A stretch of 63,306 nt of DNA, counting the filler, from Circinaria calcarea (lineage: Eukaryota): assembly GCA_051942165.1 (NCBI GenBank). It is 19 parts of 19 records of this genome, joined end to end, with 100 filler letters (N's around TTAATTAATTAA, not from the genome) between each part and the next. Parts side by side here need not be neighbours in the genome. Positions count along the whole stretch, not along the records: positions 33,422 to 36,657 come from JAVECS010002952.1; positions 36,758 to 39,993 come from JAVECS010002953.1; positions 40,094 to 43,329 come from JAVECS010002954.1; positions 43,430 to 46,662 come from JAVECS010002955.1; positions 46,763 to 49,994 come from JAVECS010002956.1; 14 more parts are not named here. The stretch is one strand, 5' to 3'. The notes below the pieces were generated by a model, which saw nothing but the letters and a program-made list of their open reading frames with translations, was not told the DNA's origin and did not search any database. Position 1 is the first letter of the stretch; each line of letters opens with the position of its first letter. Positions 36,459 through 48,205 of the stretch are shown in pieces. Made by a program: the position numbers and the translations under genes.

Positions 36459-36657
36459 ATGGCGAAGCAGTCCTTCTCATACTCCACTCCATCTAGCTTG
36501 TCAGCCACTGAAACTTACCAGCCTCCAGATGCCAACCATTTGGCAGTTCTTCTATCAAACAACAAGCCAGCTCGTCCCTACGAAGTCGAATTCAATTCCC
36601 GAGAATCAACACCCTTTATCATGGAGATCCCACCGGGGGTTGATCACTGGAAGTCAG
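36459..36657 (+). CDS. 5' fragment of a hypothetical protein resembling the N-terminus of the adjacent FHA-kinase
   Basis: ATG 36459 is open to the contig end. AVLLSNNKPA...SRESTPFI compares with the kinase's LLIESRNSPA...SREGTPFI. Confidence 0.45.
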
Positions 36658-36757
36658 NNNNNNNNNNNNNNNNNNNNNNNNNNNNNNNNNNNNNNNNNNN
36701 NTTAATTAATTAANNNNNNNNNNNNNNNNNNNNNNNNNNNNNNNNNNNNNNNNNNNN

Positions 36758-36898
36758 AGTAGAGATCAGAGCGAAGCGTTCACAAGCGGCGTGGACCTCT
36801 TTATGACCAAACCAATCTCGTTCAAGGAGATTGGTCGACTGTTAGACAATTGGGAGGCGAACAGTGGGATTGCCGGGTATGAGGTTGTAAGTCCTTGA
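36758..36898 (+). CDS. 3' end of a hybrid histidine kinase (receiver domain)
   Basis: SRDQSEAFTSGVDLFMTKPISFKEIGRLLDNWE, the receiver beta5 'G.D.F.TKP' motif; stop TGA at 36896-36898. Confidence 0.8.
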   Translation, partial: SRDQSEAFTSGVDLFMTKPISFKEIGRLLDNWEANSGIAGYEVVSP

Positions 36899-38536
36899 TA
36901 AGCGGTAAAAAGGGCTTGAGCTTGGTGAAGGGGTGTACATGTCAAGGTGAGATTTCATACATGTTTGTATATGCTTGGGGAACCTAGATCCCAAGAGAAC
37001 AGCATTAGCGCGACAGGTATTCAAAGGACCTGGTGCATCTGCTGCGCCCACGGGCATCGATACCCGACTGGTGGCGTAGCCTTGGGATGTTGGCCATAGA
37101 AAATGAACCTTTTGGATATATAGAATAGAAATAGACAAACTTGACACCATATTTACTACATGTGGAGCCATGTGTTAAGTCAGTCAATTATTACCCGAAG
37201 ACCTAAAATTCCCCTTGATGCAATAGAGAGACCTCCTGCCATACCAGAGCTAGCAATCAACTGCCAGGCTCTTACGTCCTTGATCGCACACACCTTGTTA
37301 ACATCTCAAGAGTCCCAGGTCTCCTGGTAGATCCGCGAAGAAATCCTCGCTTTAGGATCTGAAATCCATTTATTTCTTGACCAAACAAAGAAAAGCAAAA
37401 GTACTCTGCGGACATTTTGTATCCGTGGGCGCCTATCTCTCTCTTCTCTCCTTTAAGATGACTGGAATCAGTGCTTCAGACCCAGACCCCGTTTTTCTTT
37501 TCCCCCCCCCTCCAGACTCCAGATAACCCGCACGCCGCTGATCACATCAACCGCACAGGGGACTACATGCAGACAGACAGACAGGGGCATCCAACGGGCC
37601 GCAGGTATTTGGTCTGTCGTTCTTGATTCGGGGTTGGTGTTGGTATTGGTGGGAGTGGGGCATATCAATCATCCTTGCCTCGATGGATGGATGGATGGAT
37701 GAGAGACTCAGACGGGTGAGTGGCGTATGAGGAGGGGAGTGCCTGCCCCGTCTGTTTATTGGTCAGTCATCTAGGTAGGTACCTACCAATCTACGGAGCG
37801 GGGGTTGTTTCTTTCCTACTGCATAAAACACAAGTCTACTCTCATATAAACTGGCCCAGGGTGACTTTATGCATGTAGTTATACGTCTCCACTTTATATG
37901 AATGCGAGCATGTATGGTAGTCGGTCGCTGCTGCTTAAGCCGTGGGGATAGATAGCTAGGTAGCCGTTGGAGAGCATGACAGTATCGTTTTGCTCTGTGG
38001 TGTTTGTTACCCCCCCTCCACCCCCCCCAAATTGCTATGTAGGGTTTTCACTGTCGTAGTAAGTAGTAAGTAGTAAGTCGACTTCAAGTACGCCGTACCT
38101 ATGATACTTAATTTACTCCTTTTTTGTACCTGATGACGCACCAACCAACACTAAAAGGGCTGTCTGTCTGTCCGTCATCATTGAGAGGAGAGGGATTTAT
38201 ATGTCTCTCGGTGCTACCTACGCACACACAGTAAATTAGGCTTTCAAGGCAACAACCTCCCTGCTTTAATTCAATCGGCCCCGGCATTCTCATCGGAAGT
38301 TTCCCAGAAAAAAGAATCAGGGGCGTTTTCGGGCGATAGCTTCATCAATCGAGTCAGCTGCTAAAGCGCCTAAGCTCTATCTATCTATCTAGCATTCCTT
38401 CTTTGCCTTAAACCAAAAATTTCATCCACACCGCCAGCCAATTCAGCAAAAATCTCCGGAACCAACCAATCCATTCACTCCTTTATTTCCTTCCTTCCTC
38501 CCCCGGAGGAAATGCGGCAAAAAAACCGCAAAAATC

Positions 38537-38644
38537 TGGAGCAGCGGCGGATCGAACGCCGGGCCTTCCGCAATTATACAATTCATAAAGTGCTACCGCA
38601 ACTCACTGTGCAAAGCGGACGCTCTACCACTGAGCCACAACCCC
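38537..38644 (-). tRNA. tRNA-Ala(UGC) with 36-nt intron (38573-38608)
   Basis: GGGGTTG-TG-GCTC AGTGGTA GAGC-G-TCCGC TT TGC A[intron]T GCGGA-AGGCC-CGGCG TTCGATC CGCCG-CTGCTCC-A. G3:U70 Ala determinant and downstream poly-T Pol III terminator. Confidence 0.93.
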
Positions 38645-40919
38645 TGGTTGTTAAGAATGAGGAGCTTTAACTCAGATATGTATCAACAAAATTCAGTGCT
38701 GTAATAAAATTTATTTTTAAGAGACTTTTTCCGAGCTTACCATGGATGGGGATCGAGCGATCATGCAACTTTCAAATCTACCTACCTAAGTGAGCGACAT
38801 ACTCCGTACCGTGGACGCAAAAAGCGTGGACTTCTTTTACGGAGAAAGGTGGAGAGTTGGATTCCTTCCCACTAGACGCGAGATTGGAGGGGGTTTCTAT
38901 GTAACATTCCGTTGTTCGAGAATCTATTCTACCTGTGACGAAGTACGTACCAGGGGCATTGCACGCTTGCTCCTTCCTACCCACCCGTTTTCAAAAGAAT
39001 TCGAGAGCATGATAGAACCCTAGTCTGAATAAGTCTAACTTATATGACTCGACAACTGGTGCGTCGTGACTAGTCGATTCTACATGCGCCGAACTGTTCT
39101 GCACGACCCCTATCCCTTGAATCAGTCGAGGGGGACCTATGGTGGGTGCATCTTGAAGGATAGAATAGGGAATATCGGTAGGTACACGGGGTTTTATCCA
39201 CGCGAAGGGGGAGCCCAGAACAGTATATCCCCCCCCCACCCTCCTCGCCTACAGTAAAACAAAATATGACTTCCCTATCCCCAAAAGCAACACTTACCCC
39301 AAACCGAACGACCCAAACCGTCCCAGGTCCCTTTTTGTTGTAACTCCAAACTACTCCCAGTTCCTTCCAATCCCGCCCCCCGCACACGACTTGGACCCAA
39401 ACGGCCGTGAGGGTTCTTAATCTTTCCCATGCATCATCCATCCATCCATACAAGTAGGCTATAGCATCTTTTTCTCGAACCACCTGCCTGCCTGCGTGCC
39501 ACCCATCAACTCACCACATTCCCTGGGGTAGGGACCTACCAGGACAGACCGTACGGGGCATCTATCTCCCCTCCCCCCTTACTGTAATTCTACGTGATTA
39601 ACCAGGAAATCTAACATTCACCAGATCGGGAGACACTCCTCGAGCATGACTAACTACCTCACTGAGCCTACGTACCTTTTGGGTTATGACTTGGTTGCTG
39701 AGGAGCATAAAATGCCATCTACTCTGAACAAAGTCAGCACGGCTCTCCTTTTTGCTTTAGAGTGACAGCAATGGTGCCTTTTGGTTAAGGAGGGGAATGG
39801 TGATTTAACGGGAGAGGAGGTTTGACCGAAGGCGGCCACGCGAGGGGATGGGGATGGATAGAATTGGGCTGATAGATACGGGTGATATGCTGCATGAGCT
39901 TGGGCCGCTCTTTGCGTCTGATAAGTGAGATGATGCCTTCTCCGGTCCTTTGGTAATCTTACCATTTCCACCGATCTCATACACGAAATGTGANNNNNNN
40001 NNNNNNNNNNNNNNNNNNNNNNNNNNNNNNNNNNNNNTTAATTAATTAANNNNNNNNNNNNNNNNNNNNNNNNNNNNNNNNNNNNNNNNNNNNCCCAACC
40101 CCCACTACCCCCTACCGCAGTTCAAAGCTACCATACCATACCATTCTATTCTAGTAAGGCCAAAACCCGGAAAGTCACCAGCTTTCCATGTTGTATTATT
40201 TGGGGGAAAATACAGAGCGGGTCGTTTCCCGTCAACGGGTGATCCAGGGGGTGGCGCGCTACATAAGTATCAGGTTCAGGGTCAGGTTCAGGGTCAGGGA
40301 GAACTACTAGAGGCTGGAACGCACAACCTGGCAAGGTTACTTTTAGGAGGGGAAATGGGGGAGTTGGTTTTGGTTTTGGTTTTTACTGGCTCCCCTCCCT
40401 CTTGGAATGTTCTGTTTTGTTGTGAGCCTTATGGTAGCCGAAGCCCTGACCTATTCTCCCTTTTTAACACCCAACCCCCCCTTCTCCGCCTTTCTCTCTT
40501 CTCTCTACTCTCTCCTCAAAATCACTCGCGGAAAAAGTCGAAACGCAACAAGTTTTGATAACTGAAAACGCAAACCGAATCCGGTTGTTTCTTGTCTATT
40601 TTTCCTTTGGATTACCTTGGCTGGGGAGTCGTATCCTTTTCGTAATGGGAGCTTTTGAGGGGGGGGAAGTCTGCAGTTTGCCTAGGCTGCAGGATTGGAT
40701 GAGGAAGATGGTGAGAGGAGTGGGAGGGGAGAGGGGAGGAGGGAAAGAGGCGGGTTAGTTAGAGAAATGGTTTTTGGGCGGCAATAGTCGGACTAGAATT
40801 GATAGAAGGTTGTTCGGAGCACGGAGAACGGCTCGATTAAGAGGACGATATCACTAGCCTGAATACTTCTCTCTCACTCCACTCCCCCACCACCCGCAAA
40901 GCTCCTTTCCAACAAAATC

Positions 40920-42307
40920 CTAAAGTACCGCCTCGATCAAACTCTCCCCTCCCTTCCCTGCACTCCAAATCCCCGTGACTGTCAAGCCCACACTTTCCAG
41001 CAGCGTCCGCCACTGCGACTCCGTCCTCTCGGTCGAAGACGCCAAAGCCAGCATGAACAGGTCCAGTGAGGTATGCCTCCAGGAAGCCCCTGTGTCTGGG
41101 ATCACGGCCTCGTAGATGAGCAGCTTGGAGTAGCCCGGTTCCATAACGGCGGTGAGGTGCCTGAGGATCTTGCGGCAGCGGTCGTCGGGCCAGTCATGCA
41201 GGACGTATTTGAGAATGTATGCTCGTGCACCTATGAATCAATTAGTAGAATTCGAATCAGTTTGATTAGCGGTGGTCGGCCAAAATGTACCTTTGATTGG
41301 CTGGGGGGTATAAAAATCGTGCGCCGTTGTCTCGATTCCCAGGCTAGTTTGGGGAATCTGAGCAATGACTTGGGGTTGGTCTTGCAGAACCAAGCGTCCT
41401 CGGAACTGAGGATATTTACTCTTGAATGCTTCGAGATCGTGACCGAGACCCCCACCCACATCGACGATTGCATTACCATCCCCAGTCTGCTTCAACCCCT
41501 GCTCCAGGCGTTCAGTTACTGGGTAAAACCCCGGATCCATCCAGCTAGGCTTCTCCGCTCGTAGCCCGCTCATGTAGTTCTGAAAAGCTTGCATTATTTC
41601 GGGACGGGCACTCATCCATTCCCAGCCGTGTAGCTCGGTTTCGTGAGCGTACTGAAAAGGCCCCTTGGCCGTATCAGTAGGGTTCTTGTAACTGGTCGAA
41701 GCGAGGTATTTGGGGAGTTTTTGGAAAATGGGCCCAGCACAATCAAAACTATCATGCACCGTTAACGGACTGCCTTTTAGCTCAGATGTGAGCGGTCAAA
41801 ACTTACCAATATGAAATTCCATCTCTGGATTTGGGTACCGCCAAGGCTCGAGAGAGCTCAGTTGGGGCATAACTATCATGGCCAACCTCCTTTACCATCC
41901 TCATAGCTTCCAGATGCCTGACAATCCGCCTTACCAAATCCGGCTCTGCATTCTTTACAGATGCAAGTTCTGCGGTGCTCTTGGCACGCCCTGCATCCTC
42001 GGCCAGTTTTTCGAATATGCCAAGGTCAATGGCCACTCGACTGGCAAAATTTCGAGCTGGCTGTGGGCGCCGTCAGTGGGCATCTCGAAGGTGATGTGTC
42101 CCTTGTACTGACTTCGGCCCACATTAACCATGTAATGGTTTCCATGGGAGTTTCCAAGGCCGCAATCAAGGAGCGAGCACTATCAATAAGCCTTTCTCGT
42201 GAGCTTCCCTCATTCTGAAGGAGATATTTTCCTTGTGCAGCTATTTCATTCAATAGGCCTGTGACATCTGATTGCGGCGGCGAATCCAAGGTAAGAGGAA
42301 AAGCCAT
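40920..42307 (-). CDS. Fungal SAM-dependent O-methyltransferase (Methyltransf_2, secondary-metabolite type), 3 introns
   Basis: AIDLGIFEKL (dimerisation domain), IVDVGGGLGHDL, LVLQDQPQVI, HDFYTPQPIK|GARAY...LHDWPDD and ERTESQW. Confidence 0.93.
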
Positions 42308-43294
42308 CACCAAAGTATTATGACCTGTAATGAAACCAAGGGTGGAAGTATCTAAACAACTATGTACCGCTAGACTGCTTGAATAAAGGGCGAAAAGGCA
42401 ACTCTAAATGTGGAAACGGTAGAGTGGGATGACTCTCCGAGGAGACCTGCTGTATGGCCTGGGTGAACGAAAGGATTGAATTGAGCAGGGTCTTAGCTGA
42501 TAGCTTCATGGTCTATGGTCACTTATACATGCAATGCCAGCAGCTGTAGCAGGCATGCCAGGTATTTTTCGACTCCTGCTGCGGATTCCTATAAACTATC
42601 TCTCCGATACTGCGCGTTTCTCAATACTCACTAAGGTTACCCACATGATTATGCAGGGTGTCTGCGGCCGTGCGTTGCCACAACAAGCCATTGATAGCAT
42701 GGGACAGCTATAATATCGGCATGAAGTTGTCCCAGCTTATCGAGCTGAGAGCTCAACTGCAGCTAATATGGCCCGACTCGTCCAGGATCATTTCTATAGA
42801 GAAATCTTTTAGCTGGCAAGCGTCTGATGTTTAGGTCCTGGATTTTACAAAAAGATTAGAATCCCCCAAAGCTGCATACACGCGTATTCCAATAGCACTC
42901 GAACTTGGAAGTGCCGAGTACACGTTTCCCTGCGAGATGAGCTTGAGGTTTTCCATTCCAAGGTATGTAACTGAAAAGACTGCGAGTGATTTCGTCAAGT
43001 CGCCATAATAGGGAATTGCTTTTTGCCAGCAAAGATGCAGTGCAGCAGGCAGGAAAATGCAGGGTTGAGTGGGTCATCGGCAAGGGATATACATGAACAT
43101 ACATCGCCGTTAATCAGGGACGAGTAAAGCCGATCAGCTAAAACACGTTTTTTTGATAAGAGCCCACTTTCTACCCCGGGGATGACAGGCATCCCCGGGT
43201 CCAAGGTCCGTGCACTTTCCGTATTTCAGTTCTAACCTCCCTCCCTCCGGTCAAAAAATAACACATCCCCTTAACCCCACAATGTCCATACCCA

Positions 43295-43329
43295 ATGGTC
43301 CGCATCAAGCATCGCTACCTCCTCGTCAA
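43295..43329 (+). CDS. POP5: RNase P/MRP subunit Pop5, first codons only
   Basis: MVRIKHRYLLV is the characteristic Pop5/Rpp14 N-terminus; truncated by the contig end. Confidence 0.65.
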
Positions 43330-43429
43330 NNNNNNNNNNNNNNNNNNNNNNNNNNNNNNNNNNNNNNNNNNNNTTAATTAATTAANNNNNNNNNNNNNNN
43401 NNNNNNNNNNNNNNNNNNNNNNNNNNNNN

Positions 43430-45127
43430 CACACCGAATCTTTATTCAACTCCATGACTTATGTGCGACCAATCAATTATCCCAAGCATGCATCAATGGC
43501 ATTGGAGTCATTGTGACTTCTTCCGTGAAGCTGATAGAGCCGTTCCTACGGCGCATCGAGAAGTATCGAGATAGTCTGTCAGCCAGGCGGACATCAAGTC
43601 AAGCCAGAGTAGTCTGGAGGAAAATCGGATGGAGTATACACAAGCCTGGCGAGCTTGTGACACTTAAGGATAGCCTGAGATCCAACCAAATTAACATCAT
43701 GCTGCTGGTGGTAACGGCTACGCAGTGAGTGGGACTACCATGGCTTCAGTTCAATTTAGCAGATGCTAATAAACCTCGTTGATACTAGCCACGAGCTTAC
43801 AGTCGACCGTTTTGGGTATGGTCAGGCTGTCATGAAGAAGCGCTCTAAAATGGACGACTTCGCTGATGTAAAGATTTTTCACACGATTACCTCCCCACCT
43901 CCGGATAAGCAACAATTAGACCCCAGTAAATGTTCCCCTCTTTCCGTTGTTATACAACTCATGCTTACTTTACCAGCATACACTGTCTGCAAGTACCCGG
44001 AGACATTCTTTCTCGTTGGCCAGGTGTTTGCAATCATTGATGATTGGGACATGTTTCATCCAAAAAGAGGAACCATATACCCCCTCCCCATAGCACATAG
44101 CGATATGGAATATAGCCGCTACGCCGGCTTAAGTATAATACGTCGATACGTTGTGGTACAGGAAGGTATGCACGGAGCGTTATGCATGTAAGCCGTGTTC
44201 CTTGGAGAGTATCTGTACGCCTCTATGGTACTTTTACTAATCCTCTGAAGAGGAATTCACACCTACAGTAATCAAGGCTGCATCTTTGAACCCGATCAAG
44301 ATCTCCATGCTATCATTCATACCAGCTCGGAGTCGCCTCCAACTATAACTCGGGTAAATGCGGTCTACAACTCGAATGCTCCTTACGGAGGAAAGATTGC
44401 CAAACTTAATGAGAGCGGCATGGTAAAAAACCCTGTCCGGATGACGGTGGATCACGTTTCCCTTGCTTTGCATCCTGCCTCAAGACTTCATTTCGGTTGT
44501 GTATGTCGCATCGAGCACGACGTACGAGTGAAGAGCCTTGGTGTCATCCACGTCGACTCTATAGGTGACTTCATCGAGTATTACAAGTCGGCCCAGAAAG
44601 ATGTACAAGCTATTTTCAAAGTGGGGAGAGCTGTACAGAAGGCTGCAAATAAGTTGATCAGTGGCTCCTCCATTTCCGGACATCTAAGTGAGCAAAAACA
44701 ACCTTCGGGACAACCGAGCGAAAACAAAACACGAAATCAAGCCAAGGCAATGGCAGAATTGAAGGCACTATGCGAAACTAATGACGCGGAGCTCTTCGTC
44801 ATAGCAACACAAAATTCAGATAGCCACCGTCTGAACGGTCTTGACGAACATCCTAGTTGTCTTAGATTTAAGAGAGGGGACAGGATCAAAGTGCTCAACA
44901 ATGTAACATCACCAAGTTATCCTACCACATTGGATGATGTCACTGCGTCAAATCAGTTTACCACATTAGCCCAACGTACCACACTCGACTGCTCCGCTGC
45001 ATCTCCTGAATCCGCAGTATCAGATGACCTTGCAACATTAGACGCCACGTGGTGGATAGGAGAAGTCAATGGCCGTCAGGGCGAGTTCCCATGGTGGTAC
45101 TGTGAGCTAGAAGATCTCTCGACATGA
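43430..45127 (+). CDS. Multidomain protein: fungal N-terminal (HeLo-like) domain + DUF6590 + degenerate SH3 (5'-truncated, 3 introns)
   Basis: Introns ~43725-43788, ~43926-43976 and ~44188-44250 join the frames. FLRRIEKYRDSL...WRKIGWSI...LKDSL; LDPTYTV...FFLVGQVF...IRRYVVVQEG...CIGIHTYSNQG...HAIIHT...PVRM...LHPASRLHFG...IEHDVRVKSLGVI; LRFKRGDRIKVL...WWIGEVNGRQGEFP. Confidence 0.78.
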
Positions 45128-46762
45128 TGCTCAGTCAACACCTGTCAATGAGAACCCGCAGTAGCCAGGAAAGCATCGGCAACGTTGGCGGCCAATTTTG
45201 TTTGAAGATGGATACCTATAACAGGGTCTAGGATCTCCAATTGGTTAATCACAAGGAGTTAACCCAACCACCAATTATCACCATCAGCTTTCCTTCAGGC
45301 AGAAGAAAACCTATCACCAATACCTTTGCCAAGCTGCAAAAAGAGCGGATTTCTCCCTCCTAACCCTGGAATCGAGACCCGCTGCGGCCAGAGAGCTATT
45401 GCCGTGAACCATCTGAGTGCGAGGAGCTCCTCATACCTGTGTAAATTTACATGTACCCATATTGTCTCCAGAACTGAATCCCAACCCCCTCCACCATTTT
45501 ATATATCATCTTGATTGGCAACATTCACCACAGCAGAGGTCCTCCGGAAGAGTCCCGAATCTCCTTTTCAGCCCCTGAAAAGAAAAACTCCCGTGATACG
45601 GGTTGTTTTTAGATATAGCACCGCTCGTTTACGATGGACGGTTTAATTAGCCGTCAGAGATGGGGAGGGAGTGTAATGTGCTTGGTGTCGGTCAGGGAGA
45701 GAGTCGAGTTTTGGGGATTAAGGGTAGGGGGTGGAAAAGTTTGGCATACGGGTCCATGCATGATTCAGGTACTTCGGATACTTCGGGTACAGAATGTTCG
45801 GGTACAGTAAGGAAGCAAAGGCAAGGTGTGCTGATTAGAAGTGATTTACGAATCCTCCCTCAAAAGCACCCTAATTCCCGTTCCCGAGAAAAATCCCAAT
45901 CATTATTGTTATCATTCCAGAGGAAACACTAAACTCGGAGACTTTCTGATACGTAATCTAATTCCGGTTGATAATACATATTTTATATATATATATATAT
46001 ATAGATACCCCGAGCCTGTGGCAACACGTGACGGCAAGCTGACTAAGGTGTCGCTGCTTTGCTCCCGCGCTAGCGACTATTCCGAGGATTCTTGCTTGCA
46101 TGGATCCTCTCACCTTTATTTCTTCCTTGCGTGGAGACGATTTCATCCAATGGAGTTAGTCACATAAGGGTTGCTGTTGCATCTTTGTTTTTCTACGACC
46201 AAACATATTGACGAATCTCAGCCGATACCTCTGTAATGACAATAAACTCGCCCATTAACCTTCTAAAGATCATGTCTTGCTATCTGTGAGGTTTTGGGAG
46301 CGTGTTGTGTTGAGTTTTGTTCTCTTTGAAGATTGATGACATCCATGCCCGCTACGAGCGGCTATGTTTTTCTTCTCTTATCTTGAAAAAAAAAAGATCT
46401 GATGGACAAGATCTTCTAGTCTGATAGGGGGAACCGAGGAAAATTTGCCGATCGATGTGAGGTTGGATCCGGTTAACGAATGTCATGTCAAAATAATTTT
46501 AGACTTCCAAAACAAAACCCCCCAACTCCGAGAATCAAATTCATGGTGGCCCCCCCCCTTCCCATTCCCCTTTTTTTCTCCTGTAAAATTTCAAAACATC
46601 TCGTAAAAATTAATGGTGAGATTTTTCCCCTTTAGAGAACTAAACCATCATATATGCATGTCNNNNNNNNNNNNNNNNNNNNNNNNNNNNNNNNNNNNNN
46701 NNNNNNTTAATTAATTAANNNNNNNNNNNNNNNNNNNNNNNNNNNNNNNNNNNNNNNNNNNN

Positions 46763-47980
46763 CGTACATCCACCAGCTTCTTCCCCCGCGCTCTGGCAAT
46801 CTCGTCTGGTATTCGCTGGCTTAGTAGAGCTTGCATGGTTGCTTTGATTGTATTCATTGGATTCCGTGACCGGGTGACTCGAGCCGCTAGATCGGAGATA
46901 CCTGCACAACGGCACATTTCGTAAATGTACTGCTGACAGCGGATGCCAAAACCTAGCTCTCGTCAGTTACTACGGGCAACCTGGAGGAATCTCATCTCAT
47001 TTACCTGGCGGCCTCGTCATTAGCACCAACTCCGTAGCCCCAACCTTTCCGGTAACGTCCCCGAATATCGTCCTCTCCTCATACCTCGGTATGGGTCGCA
47101 TATTTCTTATCGCTGCCATTGTAGCCTGTTTTCTGGCGTCCTCCGTTTCCACAGACTTTCCTTCCCCAATTCCCAACAATCCCTTCCCATTTCCGGCAAC
47201 GGTCAGAAAATATTGACTTTGAACCTTGCCCATACGTGTCTGGTTGACAACCCGGTGCATAACCAAGTTCTTGACCCTAAACCGCCGTATTTGTTGTGCG
47301 GTGAAGCCAGACTGCTTCATTAGACGCTGAATACCCGGATCATTTTCTTCGCTGTCGGAGTCTACCGTCGCGTTGAATCGCATACCTGGGATTTTCAGCT
47401 TTGGTATTTCCGGTGCCAGGGCGCTGCGAGGGTTGAGTTCTGCTTCTTCTTTGCCAACGGTGAGACGGGTGTTATCCACAAACTTCATCCATTCGACACG
47501 GTCGGCATCATCCGGAAGATCTTGGACCCATTTGACCATATCAGCTGCCAGCTCATCTTCGGTTTTGAAGCGAAGGTCAGGGTCGTAGTTGGTTTCTGGG
47601 GCGCGGATAGGCTTGTCTATGACGGGACGGATGGTGGATAAGTCGTCCAGGTATTTGAGGGACATGGGGTCGGAGCGTATGGCGCCCTGGTTCGCTAGAT
47701 CATCGGGACTGATAGCTGCTTCACCAGCCTCAATGGCGGCAATTTGAGCTGGAGTGTACTTTTTGGAGAGAGCAGCTTTCTCGGTCTGTGAATAGGGCTT
47801 GTGGATACTCGTGGGGTCTTCATTCTTGACTAGACCCATATCCGAGGCCTTGAGACTCGCATGTTTGGGCGTGTGTTTGGCATTATTTGTCGGTGAACTA
47901 TGAAGACGTCTTTTTGGTAGTGGGCGGAGTGGTGTGGGAATCGCGGCGAAGAGACATCGCGTTGGGCGTGAAAGGCTCAT
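46763..47980 (-). CDS. MRPS5: Mitochondrial small-subunit ribosomal protein uS5m (3'-truncated, 1 intron)
   Basis: Presequence-like N-terminus, HRVVNQTRMGKV...VAGNGKGLLGIGEGKS...IPRYEERTIFGD...RPPG and EMCRCAGISDL...SRNPMN. Confidence 0.95.
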
Positions 47981-48205
47981 CTGGGAATGTATGAAGTCTG
48001 ATAACTTTTCTCCACCCCTTCCTCCACCGATCTATGTTTTGTCCACTCCTGAGATCAATTGCAGTAGTTCAGCAACCCGAAATAATTCGATACATGGGAG
48101 TGCTCTAGCGCAAAATCTCGCTTGGGCAAGTTTGCCGAACAATTCTGCAACCCCTTACTACGCAGTATTCGGCTTCCACCAGGGATTTGATAGGAATCCC
48201 AATAT

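Noticed and set aside
40171..40343. Weak inverted repeat around (TCAGGTTCAGGG)n as a possible MITE
   Set aside because: The arms need a gap and several mismatches, and there is no TSD or second copy in the window.
23408..42307. Apparent secondary-metabolite cluster (DMATS, dehydrogenase, methyltransferase, MFS, OMT)
   Set aside because: The genes lie on different contigs joined only by length order.
44903..45023. SH3 insertion as an unspliced intron (GTAACA donor)
   Set aside because: The nearby AG acceptors I tested do not preserve the frame and there is no good branch site, so it is treated as coding.
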